Shown: positions 18,668-28,252 of the stretch, one piece after another
Numbering within the stretch: position 1 is the first letter of the stretch
Layout of the letters: every line of letters starts with the position of its first letter
Assembly (NCBI GenBank): GCA_963702095.1
Contig: OY969706.1
Location: 2,048,001 to 2,112,000, forward strand
Direction: 5' to 3'
Source of the DNA: Candidatus Bathyarchaeota archaeon
GTDB lineage: Archaea > Thermoproteota > Bathyarchaeia > Bathyarchaeales > Bathycorpusculaceae
DNA: 64,000 nucleotides
The notes under the pieces: generated by a model
Databases searched by the model: none
What the model was told of the DNA's origin: nothing
The model's input: the letters and a program-made list of their open reading frames with translations, nothing else
Translations under genes and position numbers: made by a program

Positions 18668-20728
18668 ATGTTGCGACCCGAAAGAATGGCTTCCACATCG
18701 ATTATTTGCATTAGAAAAGATGTGGAACCCGTGCTGGAGACGCTAAACACCTTCGGTGAATTCCATATTGAACCGTCTTCTCAAGACGACGCAACCCTCT
18801 CAGAGTACAACCGAAAAATCCAAGTGGTTGATGAACAACTCCTTGACGTCAACGGGTTAATAAATCAGTTACCACAGCAAAAAACGGGTCTATTTAGCAT
18901 TTTTAAAGTTCAGCAGCCAACCATCGTTCAGGTGACGACGGAGAACTGGCGCAGCCTCCTCGAATTAACACGCCAAAACATTCACTCACTCAAACATGAG
19001 ATGGAAAGCCTCAACGCTGCCCTCACAGAGTTAAAAGAAAAAAAAACAGGGTTAACCCACCTGAAACTGACGTTAACATGCATGCACAGTATGGGCGTCG
19101 ACGTTGCCAGCATGGAAAAATTTAAGCTCATCCATGTTGCCATCGCAAGTTTGCCGATTAAAAATTTTGAAGCGTTTGAAACCGCGGTCGCGGGGCTGCC
19201 GCTTGAAGTCCACCATACCATCTTAACCCACGAAGTGTACTTCCTCACAGCAGCGATGCCGGCGAAACATTGGGAAGAAGTGGAAAAAATACTGCGCACC
19301 TACCACGCGGAGATTTTTCAGTACCCAGAGGATTTGCCTAAAGACGCCGATTTAGCTCTCAAACAAGTCAAAGAACAGTTATCTGAAAACGCCCAGCAAG
19401 AAAAGGAACTTTCCGCTAAACTTTCCAAGCTCTGTGAAGGCAACCGAGGCAACCTTGCTTCTTGGAGGGAAACCTCACAGAACATACTGGCGTTGCTTAG
19501 TGCTGAGAAAAAGATTTTGCAGTCAGGCAGATTGGCAACCATCAAGGGATTCGTGCCCCAGAACAAGTATCCAGAGCTCGAGCAAACCATGCATGGAATG
19601 CTCAACGACAAAGTGTTGGTGTTGCCAGACGATTCATTGGAAGCCAAAGAGGAGGTGCCGCCGTCAAAGTTTAGGCATGGCCGATTCATTAAGCCCTTCG
19701 AAGAAATCACCAAGCTCTACGGCGTGCCCAAGTATAACGAAGTGGACCCGACACCGTTCATCGCAATCACTTTCCCGATCATTTTCGGGTTGATGTTTGG
19801 GGATTTTGGGCAGGGATTGGTGCTGCTGATCGGCGGTTTAACAGTGGGGTTGCTGATTAAGGGTAACCAAGGCATGAAAAACACCTGCTATATTGTAGCT
19901 GCTTGCGGCATAGGTGCCATGGCTGCGGGGTTGGTATTCGGCGAGTATTTTGGCAAAGAAATGTTTCCAGCCCTATGGTTTAGCCCAGTACCATCAATAG
20001 AAGGCGGTGCAGCAGCCTTGGCAAATGCGTCCACAACCGTATTTAACTTTTTGATATTTGCGTTGTTCGTTGGTGTAGTCCAGATTGTCAGCGGCTTAAT
20101 CATCCAAGGCGTGAACTTTGCACTCAAACATGAATACGTCGACACCTTCCTAACAGCCGTCCCCAAAATCGCGTTTTACGTCGGCGGCATCTGGCTAATC
20201 GCAGCTTATCAACTTAACTTCGCGGCTTGGCTGACTGGACCCATACTTGCCCCCATAATACCCTTCGCCATCATGGTCGCAGGTAAACCCCTCTATTTGA
20301 GAATAGCTAAACCAGCAGTTACCCACGAAGGCGAAAGCGCTGAATCAGACACTTTTATAGGCAGGCTTTTTGAAGGCGGAGACTTCTTCACCAGTTTGCT
20401 AAGCAACACAATCTCATACAGCCGTATCCTCGCATTGCTAATGGCGCATTGGGCATTGCTGTTGGTTACCTACACTGTTGCAGAGTTGATTGCGCCAGCA
20501 GGTTCAGGTGCACCCGCATTGGTGTTGGCGGGCGTCATCATAGTCTTCGGCAACATAGCCATCATGGCGCTTGAAGGCTTAATCGTGTTCATCCACACCT
20601 TGAGGCTGCACTTCTACGAGTGGTTCAGCAAATTCTACGCTGGCACAGGCACCGAATTCAATCCCTTCAAACAAGACTTTACCCATACCAAGCTGACGCT
20701 TAAAGGCAAAAAAGAACAGAAAATTTAG
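18668..20728 (+). CDS. atpI: A/V-type ATP synthase subunit I (a), opposite strand to the rest of the cluster
   Basis: MLRPERM start; EVDPTP...FGLMFGDFGQG; SYSRILAL; HTLRLHFYEWFSKFY. Confidence 0.96.
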   Translation: MLRPERMASTSIICIRKDVEPVLETLNTFGEFHIEPSSQDDATLSEYNRKIQVVDEQLLDVNGLINQLPQQKTGLFSIFKVQQPTIVQVTTENWRSLLELTRQNIHSLKHEMESLNAALTELKEKKTGLTHLKLTLTCMHSMGVDVASMEKFKLIHVAIASLPIKNFEAFETAVAGLPLEVHHTILTHEVYFLTAAMPAKHWEEVEKILRTYHAEIFQYPEDLPKDADLALKQVKEQLSENAQQEKELSAKLSKLCEGNRGNLASWRETSQNILALLSAEKKILQSGRLATIKGFVPQNKYPELEQTMHGMLNDKVLVLPDDSLEAKEEVPPSKFRHGRFIKPFEEITKLYGVPKYNEVDPTPFIAITFPIIFGLMFGDFGQGLVLLIGGLTVGLLIKGNQGMKNTCYIVAACGIGAMAAGLVFGEYFGKEMFPALWFSPVPSIEGGAAALANASTTVFNFLIFALFVGVVQIVSGLIIQGVNFALKHEYVDTFLTAVPKIAFYVGGIWLIAAYQLNFAAWLTGPILAPIIPFAIMVAGKPLYLRIAKPAVTHEGESAESDTFIGRLFEGGDFFTSLLSNTISYSRILALLMAHWALLLVTYTVAELIAPAGSGAPALVLAGVIIVFGNIAIMALEGLIVFIHTLRLHFYEWFSKFYAGTGTEFNPFKQDFTHTKLTLKGKKEQKI

Positions 20729-21777
20729 AAGTAAAGTTGAGCTCGAATGGCATCAGGCTTCATGTCGCCGTCGATGCCTAAAGCTAATGCGCGTAGGTTG
20801 TAAACTTCAGTTTCTTTCTGAGTCATGTATGCAAGCGGCGTGCCGATGTTGAAGGTGTTGGAGATTGTGCTGGCTTTTGCATGCTCAATTGCGGCTGCTC
20901 GGAGAACTTTTTCAGCTTTAGCCAACGTGTCCTCGGGAGTGTCTTCTTTGACGAAGTATTTGGCGTAGTCTGTGTCGAGAACTATTTTGTATGCTGCCTC
21001 AAAGCTGATGGCGGATAGGACAGCTTCAACCTGCTTCTTGGTCAACTTGAAATAGTTCTGCGGCACCGCCAACCGTAGCCAGTTAGGGTCGTAATTGAGG
21101 TTTTTACCCCTTAAAAGCGAAAGCAAAACGAAACCGTCGTTTTCTGTGCCTGCGTAGAAGCGGGCATGAGGCTTCTCTTTTTTTGGTAAACGCTCAAAAA
21201 CTTCATGAAGATGCTCAAAGAAGAATACATCCAGAAAAACATCCAGGCACATTGTTGAGCCGCTTTCGTTGTAGCTAACTAACCCAGTGTTAAGCGGGCA
21301 CCAATACGCTGTTTTCTTAAAGACACCCACCAGATGAGTCAGATCAGTTGCTTTAGCAGCATCCTCCAATAAAACAGGTTTTTCAATGTGGCATCCCACG
21401 AAGGGGTAGAGTTTAGCCAGTTTCTGCTCAGGCGACTCCTTGGCGAAGGTTGCTTTCACGAGCACCTTGACGTTTTCCACTTCAAACCGCAACAGGTAGA
21501 GGCGGAGGTATTCCTTTGCTGTTTTGGGTGAGTACTTGATTATTTTCTGGTAAGTCTCAATCAGGTTTTCGTTGAAAGCGCGTTCCAATTTGCGGCCAGA
21601 TAGGGGAAGCGCAGTTTTAGCGATTTGCTCTTGGTATGGGGTGTCGCGGAGTTGCCCGGCGAAATCGTTGAGGTTTTTGCTGTCTGCTAAGGTTTTAAGT
21701 TTTGCTTCGCTTAGCAGGCTGCTTCGTTGAGCGCCGATTTTAGCGAGCACCGAAGCGTAACGGACTGTCTGGGGCAA
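20725..21777 (-). CDS. atpC: A/V-type ATP synthase subunit C (d)
   Basis: YLLRFEVENVKVLVK; ETEVYNLRALALG; operon context. Confidence 0.88.
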   Translation of the reverse strand: MPQTVRYASVLAKIGAQRSSLLSEAKLKTLADSKNLNDFAGQLRDTPYQEQIAKTALPLSGRKLERAFNENLIETYQKIIKYSPKTAKEYLRLYLLRFEVENVKVLVKATFAKESPEQKLAKLYPFVGCHIEKPVLLEDAAKATDLTHLVGVFKKTAYWCPLNTGLVSYNESGSTMCLDVFLDVFFFEHLHEVFERLPKKEKPHARFYAGTENDGFVLLSLLRGKNLNYDPNWLRLAVPQNYFKLTKKQVEAVLSAISFEAAYKIVLDTDYAKYFVKEDTPEDTLAKAEKVLRAAAIEHAKASTISNTFNIGTPLAYMTQKETEVYNLRALALGIDGDMKPDAIRAQLYF

Positions 21778-21779
21778 CC

Positions 21780-22094
21780 TTAATTTTCCTCGAGAACGGC
21801 GGCTACAACCGTTGAAACCGCATCATCCATGCGTTTTTGGGCTTGGGTTTTCAGTTTTTGGGCGGTTGCTTCGTTTGCTTTGAGTTTTTCAGCGCGGTCA
21901 CGGTTAGCGTCCTCGACGGCTTGGGAGTAGAGTTTCTGTGCTTCTTCTTCGCCGTAGGTTTTACCGTTGGCGACGAGTTTTTCGGATTGCTGCTGTGCAA
22001 GCGCCGTAATTTTTTTGGCTTTTTCCTGTGCATCCGCTTGGATTTGGTCAGCTTGGGCCTCAATTTTTTTTAGTTCATCCCATACTTTCTGCAT
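21780..22094 (-). CDS. atpH: A/V-type ATP synthase subunit H/G (peripheral stalk)
   Basis: Charged coiled coil LKKIEAQADQIQADAQEKAKKI, first gene before atpC. Confidence 0.75.
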   Translation of the reverse strand: MQKVWDELKKIEAQADQIQADAQEKAKKITALAQQQSEKLVANGKTYGEEEAQKLYSQAVEDANRDRAEKLKANEATAQKLKTQAQKRMDDAVSTVVAAVLEEN

Positions 22095-22199
22095 CTTGCG
22101 GTCACTGCCTCTATAGGGTTGTTAGCACTCATAATATTCTTACGGTTTCTAAAGGTTTGCGCCTAACCGTTTTGATCGGTACCAGACAAACTTGGATGA

Positions 22200-22448
22200 A
22201 CGTATAGAGGTTTACAGGTAACTCCCACACCTACCCCTATACCGACTCCAACGTCAACTCCAACACCTAAGCCAACCCAATCAACCAGTTCGACCCCAAC
22301 AGCAACTCAATTGACAGCAAAACCAAATACACCCGATTTTATATTATCTCTGTTAATAGTCTTAATAGTCGGCGCAAGTGTGGCAGTGGCAGTTTTATAC
22401 AAAAAGAAATCTAAGCCCAAAAACACCGCTAAGAATACGTTACCGTAG
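22200..22448 (+). pseudogene. 3' remnant of a surface-protein gene (Pro/Thr linker + TM anchor)
   Basis: Reads VTPTPTPIPTPTSTPTPKPTQ...FILSLLIVLIVGASVAVAVLYKKKSK* with an in-frame stop just upstream and no start codon. Confidence 0.6.
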
Positions 22449-22472
22449 CTTGGAGTAAATTTTTGGTGTTCT

Positions 22473-22607
22473 GCTTGCGGATTTGCCCACAACCAACCTG
22501 CAGCCCAATACACAATCCAAACCCAAAAAGCAGTTGCCAGCCAAGCCCACAGGAAGAAGATGAGTAAGGGGCGTCTCTGCCTTCTTCTTAAACTAGAAAA
22601 ACAGAAA
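22473..22607 (+). repeat. Dispersed repeat family 2, copy A
   Basis: Colinear with the reverse complement of 45699-45830 (CCACAACCAACC...AAAAAGCA...AAGAAGAWGAGTAA), about 80% identity by eye. Confidence 0.8.
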
Positions 22608-22743
22608 AGCCCCAAATTCTGATCTACAGGTATAGGGGTAGGGGAGGGTCTCTTAGAGCAACGGGTCTTTGGCTACGCTACTTTTTGTAAGTTTGAGAAA
22701 CAGTAAAAAGGTGCATGACCCCTTAGTAGGAAGAGAGGGCAAA

Positions 22744-24033
22744 ATGGTTATTCCAGACAAATTCAACGTGACCGCAGAGGATGCATACAATTACATTGCA
22801 AGCAAGTACTTTGCCGACCAGCAGCTCTGCATGGTGCTGAAATTCGACGGAAAAATCGATGAAGCCATACTTGCAAGGGCGGTTCGCGTAACTTTGGATT
22901 TAGAACCTGTTTTGGGCTGCCGATTAGCCATCGACAGCGGCAACTTGTTTTGGCTACGCAGAAGCGACCTCGACGAACTGCAAACCTGCCAAGTAATCGC
23001 AGTCCAGCAGGCACTGCAAGACGTCATCAACACACCCACTCATGCGGACGTAGACCCGCTGGTTGCCACACGACTTCTGAGGGAAGGCGGCGGCGATACA
23101 GTCTGTGTTAAAGTTAACCATTCAGCCTGCGACGGGGGAGGACTCAAAGAATACATGTCGCTCCTTAGCAGTGTCTATAACAGCTTGGTATTGGATGGCA
23201 AATGCTTGTTGGAACCCAATTTGGCGGGGAGAAGAGACCAAACACAAGTCTTCCAATACACCAAAGACCCCAAAACCGTACCACTCAAAGACTTCCCCAA
23301 ACCCACATGGGCACTCCCCCAAAAACAAGGCCCAGAAAGGCGCCATATCTATCGTACACTACCTGCGGGGAAACTGGCAGCGATCAAACAGGTTGCAAAA
23401 TCCAAAAAAGCCACCGTCAACGACGCCCTCTTAGCCGCACTCTACCGCCAATTTTTTACGGTAAACAATGCGCCTGAGGGTAAACCCATGATTATCCAAG
23501 TATCCATCGACCTCAGACGGTACTGTCCCAACCGCAAAGCAGAAGCAATCTGTAACCTTTCAAGCGGGTTGCACCTGGAGTTAGAGCGTAAACTGGGCGA
23601 AGGCTTTGAGCAGACACTTGAGAGGGCAACGGCGGCGATGAACAAATTCAAAGAAAAGTATCCAGGCATCGAGACTGCGGTGAAGTTAGACTACCTATTT
23701 AGCCACGGCTTCGCTTGGATGGAGAAGTATATGGGGCAGACAGCTGAGTTAAGCCAAAAGTACAGTCTAACTTATCCGCTTCTCTCCAACTTCGGCGTTC
23801 TACCCGACTATAGTTTCGGAGGATTACACGCAAAAGAGGGGTACATTACGCCTCCCATTATGTACACGCCAGGGTTCATGCTTGGCGCCTCAACCTTCGA
23901 CGGCATGTTAACGCTTTCGATTGGTTACTGCGGAGTAGAAAACACAGCGAAGATGCAGAGCTTTTTGGATAGCTTAATCGAAGATTTTACAAGGCAAAGT
24001 AGGAGGCGGTTGGATGCAGGAATACCTAGTTAA
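22744..24033 (+). CDS. Stand-alone condensation-domain / CoA-dependent acyltransferase
   Basis: NHSACDGGG (HxxxDG); ATVNDALLAA; SIDLRRY; LSNFG. Confidence 0.85.
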   Translation: MVIPDKFNVTAEDAYNYIASKYFADQQLCMVLKFDGKIDEAILARAVRVTLDLEPVLGCRLAIDSGNLFWLRRSDLDELQTCQVIAVQQALQDVINTPTHADVDPLVATRLLREGGGDTVCVKVNHSACDGGGLKEYMSLLSSVYNSLVLDGKCLLEPNLAGRRDQTQVFQYTKDPKTVPLKDFPKPTWALPQKQGPERRHIYRTLPAGKLAAIKQVAKSKKATVNDALLAALYRQFFTVNNAPEGKPMIIQVSIDLRRYCPNRKAEAICNLSSGLHLELERKLGEGFEQTLERATAAMNKFKEKYPGIETAVKLDYLFSHGFAWMEKYMGQTAELSQKYSLTYPLLSNFGVLPDYSFGGLHAKEGYITPPIMYTPGFMLGASTFDGMLTLSIGYCGVENTAKMQSFLDSLIEDFTRQSRRRLDAGIPS

Positions 24034-24208
24034 AACCAAAAGAGTCGGTGACCAAATCGTCATCGCATTACCCAAGGAACTATTGGCGGCACAACAAATC
24101 GGCGCAGATACGACTGTGAAGATTACGGTTCAGAAATACAAAACCGCTTCCGCCACAAAAAATGACTCCACGCTGGGCCCAGATGACCCATGGAAACTAC
24201 TTGAATGA
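24014..24208 (+). CDS. Small AbrB/SpoVT-like protein
   Basis: KTKRVGDQIVIALPKELL...DTTVKITV swapped-hairpin pattern. Confidence 0.65.
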   Translation: MQEYLVKTKRVGDQIVIALPKELLAAQQIGADTTVKITVQKYKTASATKNDSTLGPDDPWKLLE

Positions 24209-24212
24209 GTTC

Positions 24213-25106
24213 TTAAGAACTCTTCAGAAGTGAAGCCAACTCCGCCGTATTTCCAAACATGACGCAATGACCTCTTCCCTCGAATACCTTGACCTGCGAA
24301 AGAGCTATGGATTTAGCAAGCAAATATGCGTTCTCAACGCGGCACGTCTTATCGTCAGCCCCATGCCAGATGAACAATCTATCCCCCGGAACCCGCGAAA
24401 AAGAAAAGCCCCAGGGCTTCATAAACATCTGATGCTCCATAACCACCGTTTTGACTCCAAGATTGCCCTGACGAAATGCTTCAGCCAAAGATTGATACAT
24501 AAGCCCCATCCAAGCAGGATCACCGAAGAAATTCAAGTCATCCTTAGAACAGCCACGGAGCACCTGTTTTCCGCTTCGCGAACGCAGAAAAGCCTCAACG
24601 TCACCGTTGGCTCTAAGCACGTCTGAATGCATGTTTTTCATGGCTAAATAGCCGATGGATGGGATTTTCATGATAAACCTTGCCAGGGGCATGTTATGCG
24701 CGGTTGACACATCAAAGGGTAAAGCGGGCGCACCCACAACAACCGCTCTATTCACACGCTCGGGAAACAGGGCGATGTAGGCAAGTGCAAAAGCGCCTCC
24801 GCCAGACCAACCTAAAACCCCGAACCGTTCAAAGCCTAAATAATCAGTCAAGTGATTAACGTCGCCGGCAAATTCTTGGAGGCTCTTTCTCTGCTGGAAA
24901 GTTGACAAGCCATAGCCTGACCTGTCGACGCCTATTATCTGCAGGTTTGCGGCATTAGCAAGGTCTTTTAGGAGAAGGGTTTCTAGGCGGCTGCTGGCTG
25001 TGCCGTGGAAGTATACAACGGGGACGCCCTCGCCTATTGCTATGTACCCGAGTTGTCGTCCATCAGGCAGTGAGAGCACTTGTCCGCTCCGTTGTTTTTT
25101 CTCCAT
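24213..25106 (-). CDS. Alpha/beta hydrolase
   Basis: YFHGT; GWSGG nucleophile; WHGADD; GRGH. Confidence 0.92.
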   Translation of the reverse strand: MEKKQRSGQVLSLPDGRQLGYIAIGEGVPVVYFHGTASSRLETLLLKDLANAANLQIIGVDRSGYGLSTFQQRKSLQEFAGDVNHLTDYLGFERFGVLGWSGGGAFALAYIALFPERVNRAVVVGAPALPFDVSTAHNMPLARFIMKIPSIGYLAMKNMHSDVLRANGDVEAFLRSRSGKQVLRGCSKDDLNFFGDPAWMGLMYQSLAEAFRQGNLGVKTVVMEHQMFMKPWGFSFSRVPGDRLFIWHGADDKTCRVENAYLLAKSIALSQVKVFEGRGHCVMFGNTAELASLLKSS

Positions 25107-25168
25107 CGTAATCTCACTTGTGAGTTGTAAACTATTATATATAATCCCAGAAAATTAACGCAAACTTA

Positions 25169-25298
25169 GGAGACTGGTCTAGGGGGTTTGCCGGTTGGGA
25201 TAGCGCCGGCACCCCTGGTAGACCCTCGGTTTCTTTCGCGGCAATCTATGACAGATGGCGCCGAGTTTCGGGGCAGGCGAGACTCAAGGGCTGATCTG
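25169..25298. ncRNA. Candidate GC-rich two-hairpin non-coding RNA
   Basis: Stems 25176-25224 (GGTCTA/TAGACC, GGGGT/ACCCC, GCCGG/CCGGC) and 25225-25265, with TATA boxes on both sides. Confidence 0.5.
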
Positions 25299-25323
25299 TT
25301 GATTTGTTGATGGATACATCAAC

Positions 25324-25362
25324 ATATAAACCTTGGTTAAACTTAAGTTAAGGCTTGGTTGA
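25324..25362 (-). promoter_or_regulatory. TATA + palindromic operator TAAACTTAAGTTAA
   Basis: Same spacing and motif as 38827-38879 and 41805-41844. Confidence 0.7.
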
Positions 25363-25502
25363 GTAAATTCACGGATTAACCCATCAATCCCCAACAGAAT
25401 AATCAACCAACAATTAACCCAAATTAAGCAAAAGTTTATAACAGCAGAATAACCAATGCCTTCCAGCATCAACCAATAAAACAGTCGCTAGGACACCCCA
25501 AA

Positions 25503-26810
25503 ATGCTTCTAGAGCAAACCCAGATTCACATCAAAAGGGAAAATGAGAACCTGTACTACCCTCAATACAGAGACAACTGCATTTCAAACATACCCGACCT
25601 ACTTCTGGAAATATTTAACGCCCAAAACAAAACAGTACACCCCCTGCAAGAAGAAATGGCAGAAAACTGTCCTGAGCGTAACTTAAAAGTTATACTTTTA
25701 GTCATTGACGGCTTTGGGTTTAACCAATACCTAAAACACCAAAGGGAAAACCAATTCTTAACCAAACTAGCCACCAAAGGCGAAGTTGAACCATTAACAA
25801 GCGTTTTTCCATCCCAAACAACAAACGCCCTAACAACATTAAACACGGGTTTAACCCCCCAAGAACACGGCATATTCGAGTATTTTATCTACCTCAAAAA
25901 TATTGGAATAGTTAATTCCCTGCGATTCGAACGCATAGCCCCAAAAAATAAGCAGATTAACAACGAAATTGACCCCAGCATAATGCTCTTAAAAGGAAAA
26001 ACCATTCACAACCGCCTAAAAGAAAAAGGAATCAACACCTTCACGCATATAAACGCAGCCAACGCATTCAACGCCTGCTCCAAACTGATTTTCCAAGGCA
26101 GCACAGTAATACCAGCAGCGAAGACATCCGACACTATCGTGCAGCTATGCAAAAAACTCGAAGAAAACAGCGACAACAGCGCCTACTTTTTTGTGCACCT
26201 CAACACCCTAGACACAATATCACATGAATATGGACCTGACAGCTATGAATACAGCGCCGAGTTATCTATGATAACTTACCTGCTAAACCGGGAGCTAGTG
26301 CAAAAAGTAGACCCCAAAACCGCCAAAGAGACCATCCTCATGTTGACTGCTGACCATGGCGGAGTAACCGTTAACCCCAAAGAAACAATCTACCTATCAA
26401 AAACAGCGTTACCCCTGCAAACCACAAAAAAACGTAAACCAATTTTGCCCACAGGTAGCCCTCGAGAGATTTTTCTACATATCAAAAAAGGCAAACTCGC
26501 TGAAACAAAGGATTGGTTAAACCAGAAAATCGGCGGAAAAGCCCAAGTAATTGAAACACAAGAAGCAGCAAAAAACGGTTTGTTTGGGTTAAACTCGGTA
26601 AGTGAAGAATTTCTTGAAAGAACAGGGAATCTTTTGATTCTGCCTTACGGTAACGAAACCGTGTGGTTTGAGAACCCGGAAGGTAGAAAAATCAGTTATT
26701 TAGGCCAGCATGGAGGGCTGAACAAGCGGGAAATGGTGGTACCGTTTGCAGTTGCTAATCTGGGCAATCTAAGGGAAAAGAGCAGTTTTAGGTTTAAGAC
26801 TACTGTTTAA
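25503..26810 (+). CDS. Alkaline phosphatase superfamily protein (nucleotide pyrophosphatase-like)
   Basis: LVIDGFG; TSVFPSQT; DTISHEYG; TADHG; GQHGG. Confidence 0.9.
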   Translation: MLLEQTQIHIKRENENLYYPQYRDNCISNIPDLLLEIFNAQNKTVHPLQEEMAENCPERNLKVILLVIDGFGFNQYLKHQRENQFLTKLATKGEVEPLTSVFPSQTTNALTTLNTGLTPQEHGIFEYFIYLKNIGIVNSLRFERIAPKNKQINNEIDPSIMLLKGKTIHNRLKEKGINTFTHINAANAFNACSKLIFQGSTVIPAAKTSDTIVQLCKKLEENSDNSAYFFVHLNTLDTISHEYGPDSYEYSAELSMITYLLNRELVQKVDPKTAKETILMLTADHGGVTVNPKETIYLSKTALPLQTTKKRKPILPTGSPREIFLHIKKGKLAETKDWLNQKIGGKAQVIETQEAAKNGLFGLNSVSEEFLERTGNLLILPYGNETVWFENPEGRKISYLGQHGGLNKREMVVPFAVANLGNLREKSSFRFKTTV

Positions 26811-27444
26811 TTGCTTGGGTATCGAGTAATGACCAGCTGGCTGCGAAAGCACCATGCATTGCCTTTAACGGTGTTTCTCCACTGGCAATCACTATTGCAT
26901 CGTTTTCTTGCGGTTTTAGGTCTTGAAGTATTTTATGAGCCGCTACGGGAAACACTTGTTCAATGTCATCGCTAACAGCGTTGATCCGCAATCGCCCGTT
27001 TTGGAAAATAGCTACCAAGGCGCGTGTAGCACCAACCACAATCGCCTTATCCCTCTGTTCAATACCTGACCCCACTTTATCTGCGCCTTCTCGAATGACA
27101 AAGCTGTAGTTGAAGTCAGAGGGAGTTAACTCTGTCCAAGAAAACTTGCCCCGTTGAGGAAAAACTTTGTCGAAATCGCGGCAAACACGTAAACCCTCGC
27201 CTGTAAGCATACATCCAGCCTTAGAGATTTTTACCAACCCAGCGTCAACCAATCGACCAAGTATGGTTCGAGCGGTGCCTTCCCCAACATTTAACCGTTT
27301 AGCAATATTGGAGCGGGAGATTGTCGTTTTAGACATCAGTTGCATGGCATAGAATAGTTGGAAGGCAGAAAATGACAAGTATCTGCCTGCAGCTTTAATT
27401 TCAGCTAAACCATCAAAATAGCACTTAAATTCGTCACAGTTCAA
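26800..27444 (-). CDS. Winged-helix protein with C-terminal DUF4443-like domain
   Basis: ISRSNIAKRLNVGEGTARTILGRL HTH; GIEQRDKAIVVGA. Confidence 0.75.
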   Translation of the reverse strand: MNCDEFKCYFDGLAEIKAAGRYLSFSAFQLFYAMQLMSKTTISRSNIAKRLNVGEGTARTILGRLVDAGLVKISKAGCMLTGEGLRVCRDFDKVFPQRGKFSWTELTPSDFNYSFVIREGADKVGSGIEQRDKAIVVGATRALVAIFQNGRLRINAVSDDIEQVFPVAAHKILQDLKPQENDAIVIASGETPLKAMHGAFAASWSLLDTQAIKQ

Positions 27445-27502
27445 GCCACCTTGTCACCCCCTGCTTGAGTCAAAAATGGGATTAATTTCATCTTTTCGCC
27501 GT

Positions 27503-28252
27503 CTACACACTAGATTTCTTCAAAGCAACTATGCAACCGGCAAAGAAGGCAACTCCAAAAGCCAAGAGACCAACAAAAGGCAGCCAAGGAAACGGTAAAC
27601 CCAACACGGTTGCACGTAAGAGTTCAGATGAGTGAGTTAAAGGCAAGAAGTACAGTGCAGCTTTAGCGACGTCGGGCAATTGGCTTAATGAGAAGAAGGT
27701 GCCGCATAGAAAAGTCATCGGCAAAATGACCAGAGTGCTAAAGGTGCTCATGCCCTGGTGAGAAGTGATAACTAACGCTATGAGCACGCCAAACAAAGCG
27801 AACACAAAACAGGACAATACCAGCATTAAGAAGAACAATGGACTAACTAGTAAGGTCGGTGCGAGATACAATCCTACAGCGTATATGGCGACAGAGCTAA
27901 TCAATCCCCGTATTACACCTATCAAGGCTTTACCCATAATAATCGAGTATGAACTAACAGGGGACATCAAGAGTTCGTCGAAGCTTTTGTAAAAAAACTT
28001 ATCCACCTGAAGCTTTGAAGCGGCACCGTTAAAACTGATGGAAAAAGCAGTCAACGCTACGATACCTGGAATAACAAAGGCAAGATAAGTGACGCCGTCG
28101 ACACTTATGTTGCGGCCTAAACCGTAGCCAAAAGCAATCAAATACAGCAACGGCAACACGAGACTGGTTGCGACTGTGGATTTCCAATGGCGTCGCATGT
28201 TACGCAGGTCAACCCAAAGAACCGAGTAAATATCGCGTAGTAGTTTCATCAT
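27503..28252 (-). CDS. ABC-2 type exporter permease
   Basis: YLAFVIPGIVA; FLCGTFFSL..LP; LPLTH. Confidence 0.9.
   Translation of the reverse strand: MMKLLRDIYSVLWVDLRNMRRHWKSTVATSLVLPLLYLIAFGYGLGRNISVDGVTYLAFVIPGIVALTAFSISFNGAASKLQVDKFFYKSFDELLMSPVSSYSIIMGKALIGVIRGLISSVAIYAVGLYLAPTLLVSPLFFLMLVLSCFVFALFGVLIALVITSHQGMSTFSTLVILPMTFLCGTFFSLSQLPDVAKAALYFLPLTHSSELLRATVLGLPFPWLPFVGLLAFGVAFFAGCIVALKKSSV

Noticed and set aside
22230-22642. 14-bp inverted repeat CCTACCCCTATACC / GGTATAGGGGTAGG as MITE ends
   Set aside because: The left copy is Pro/Thr coding sequence of a gene remnant that continues through it; no TSD seen
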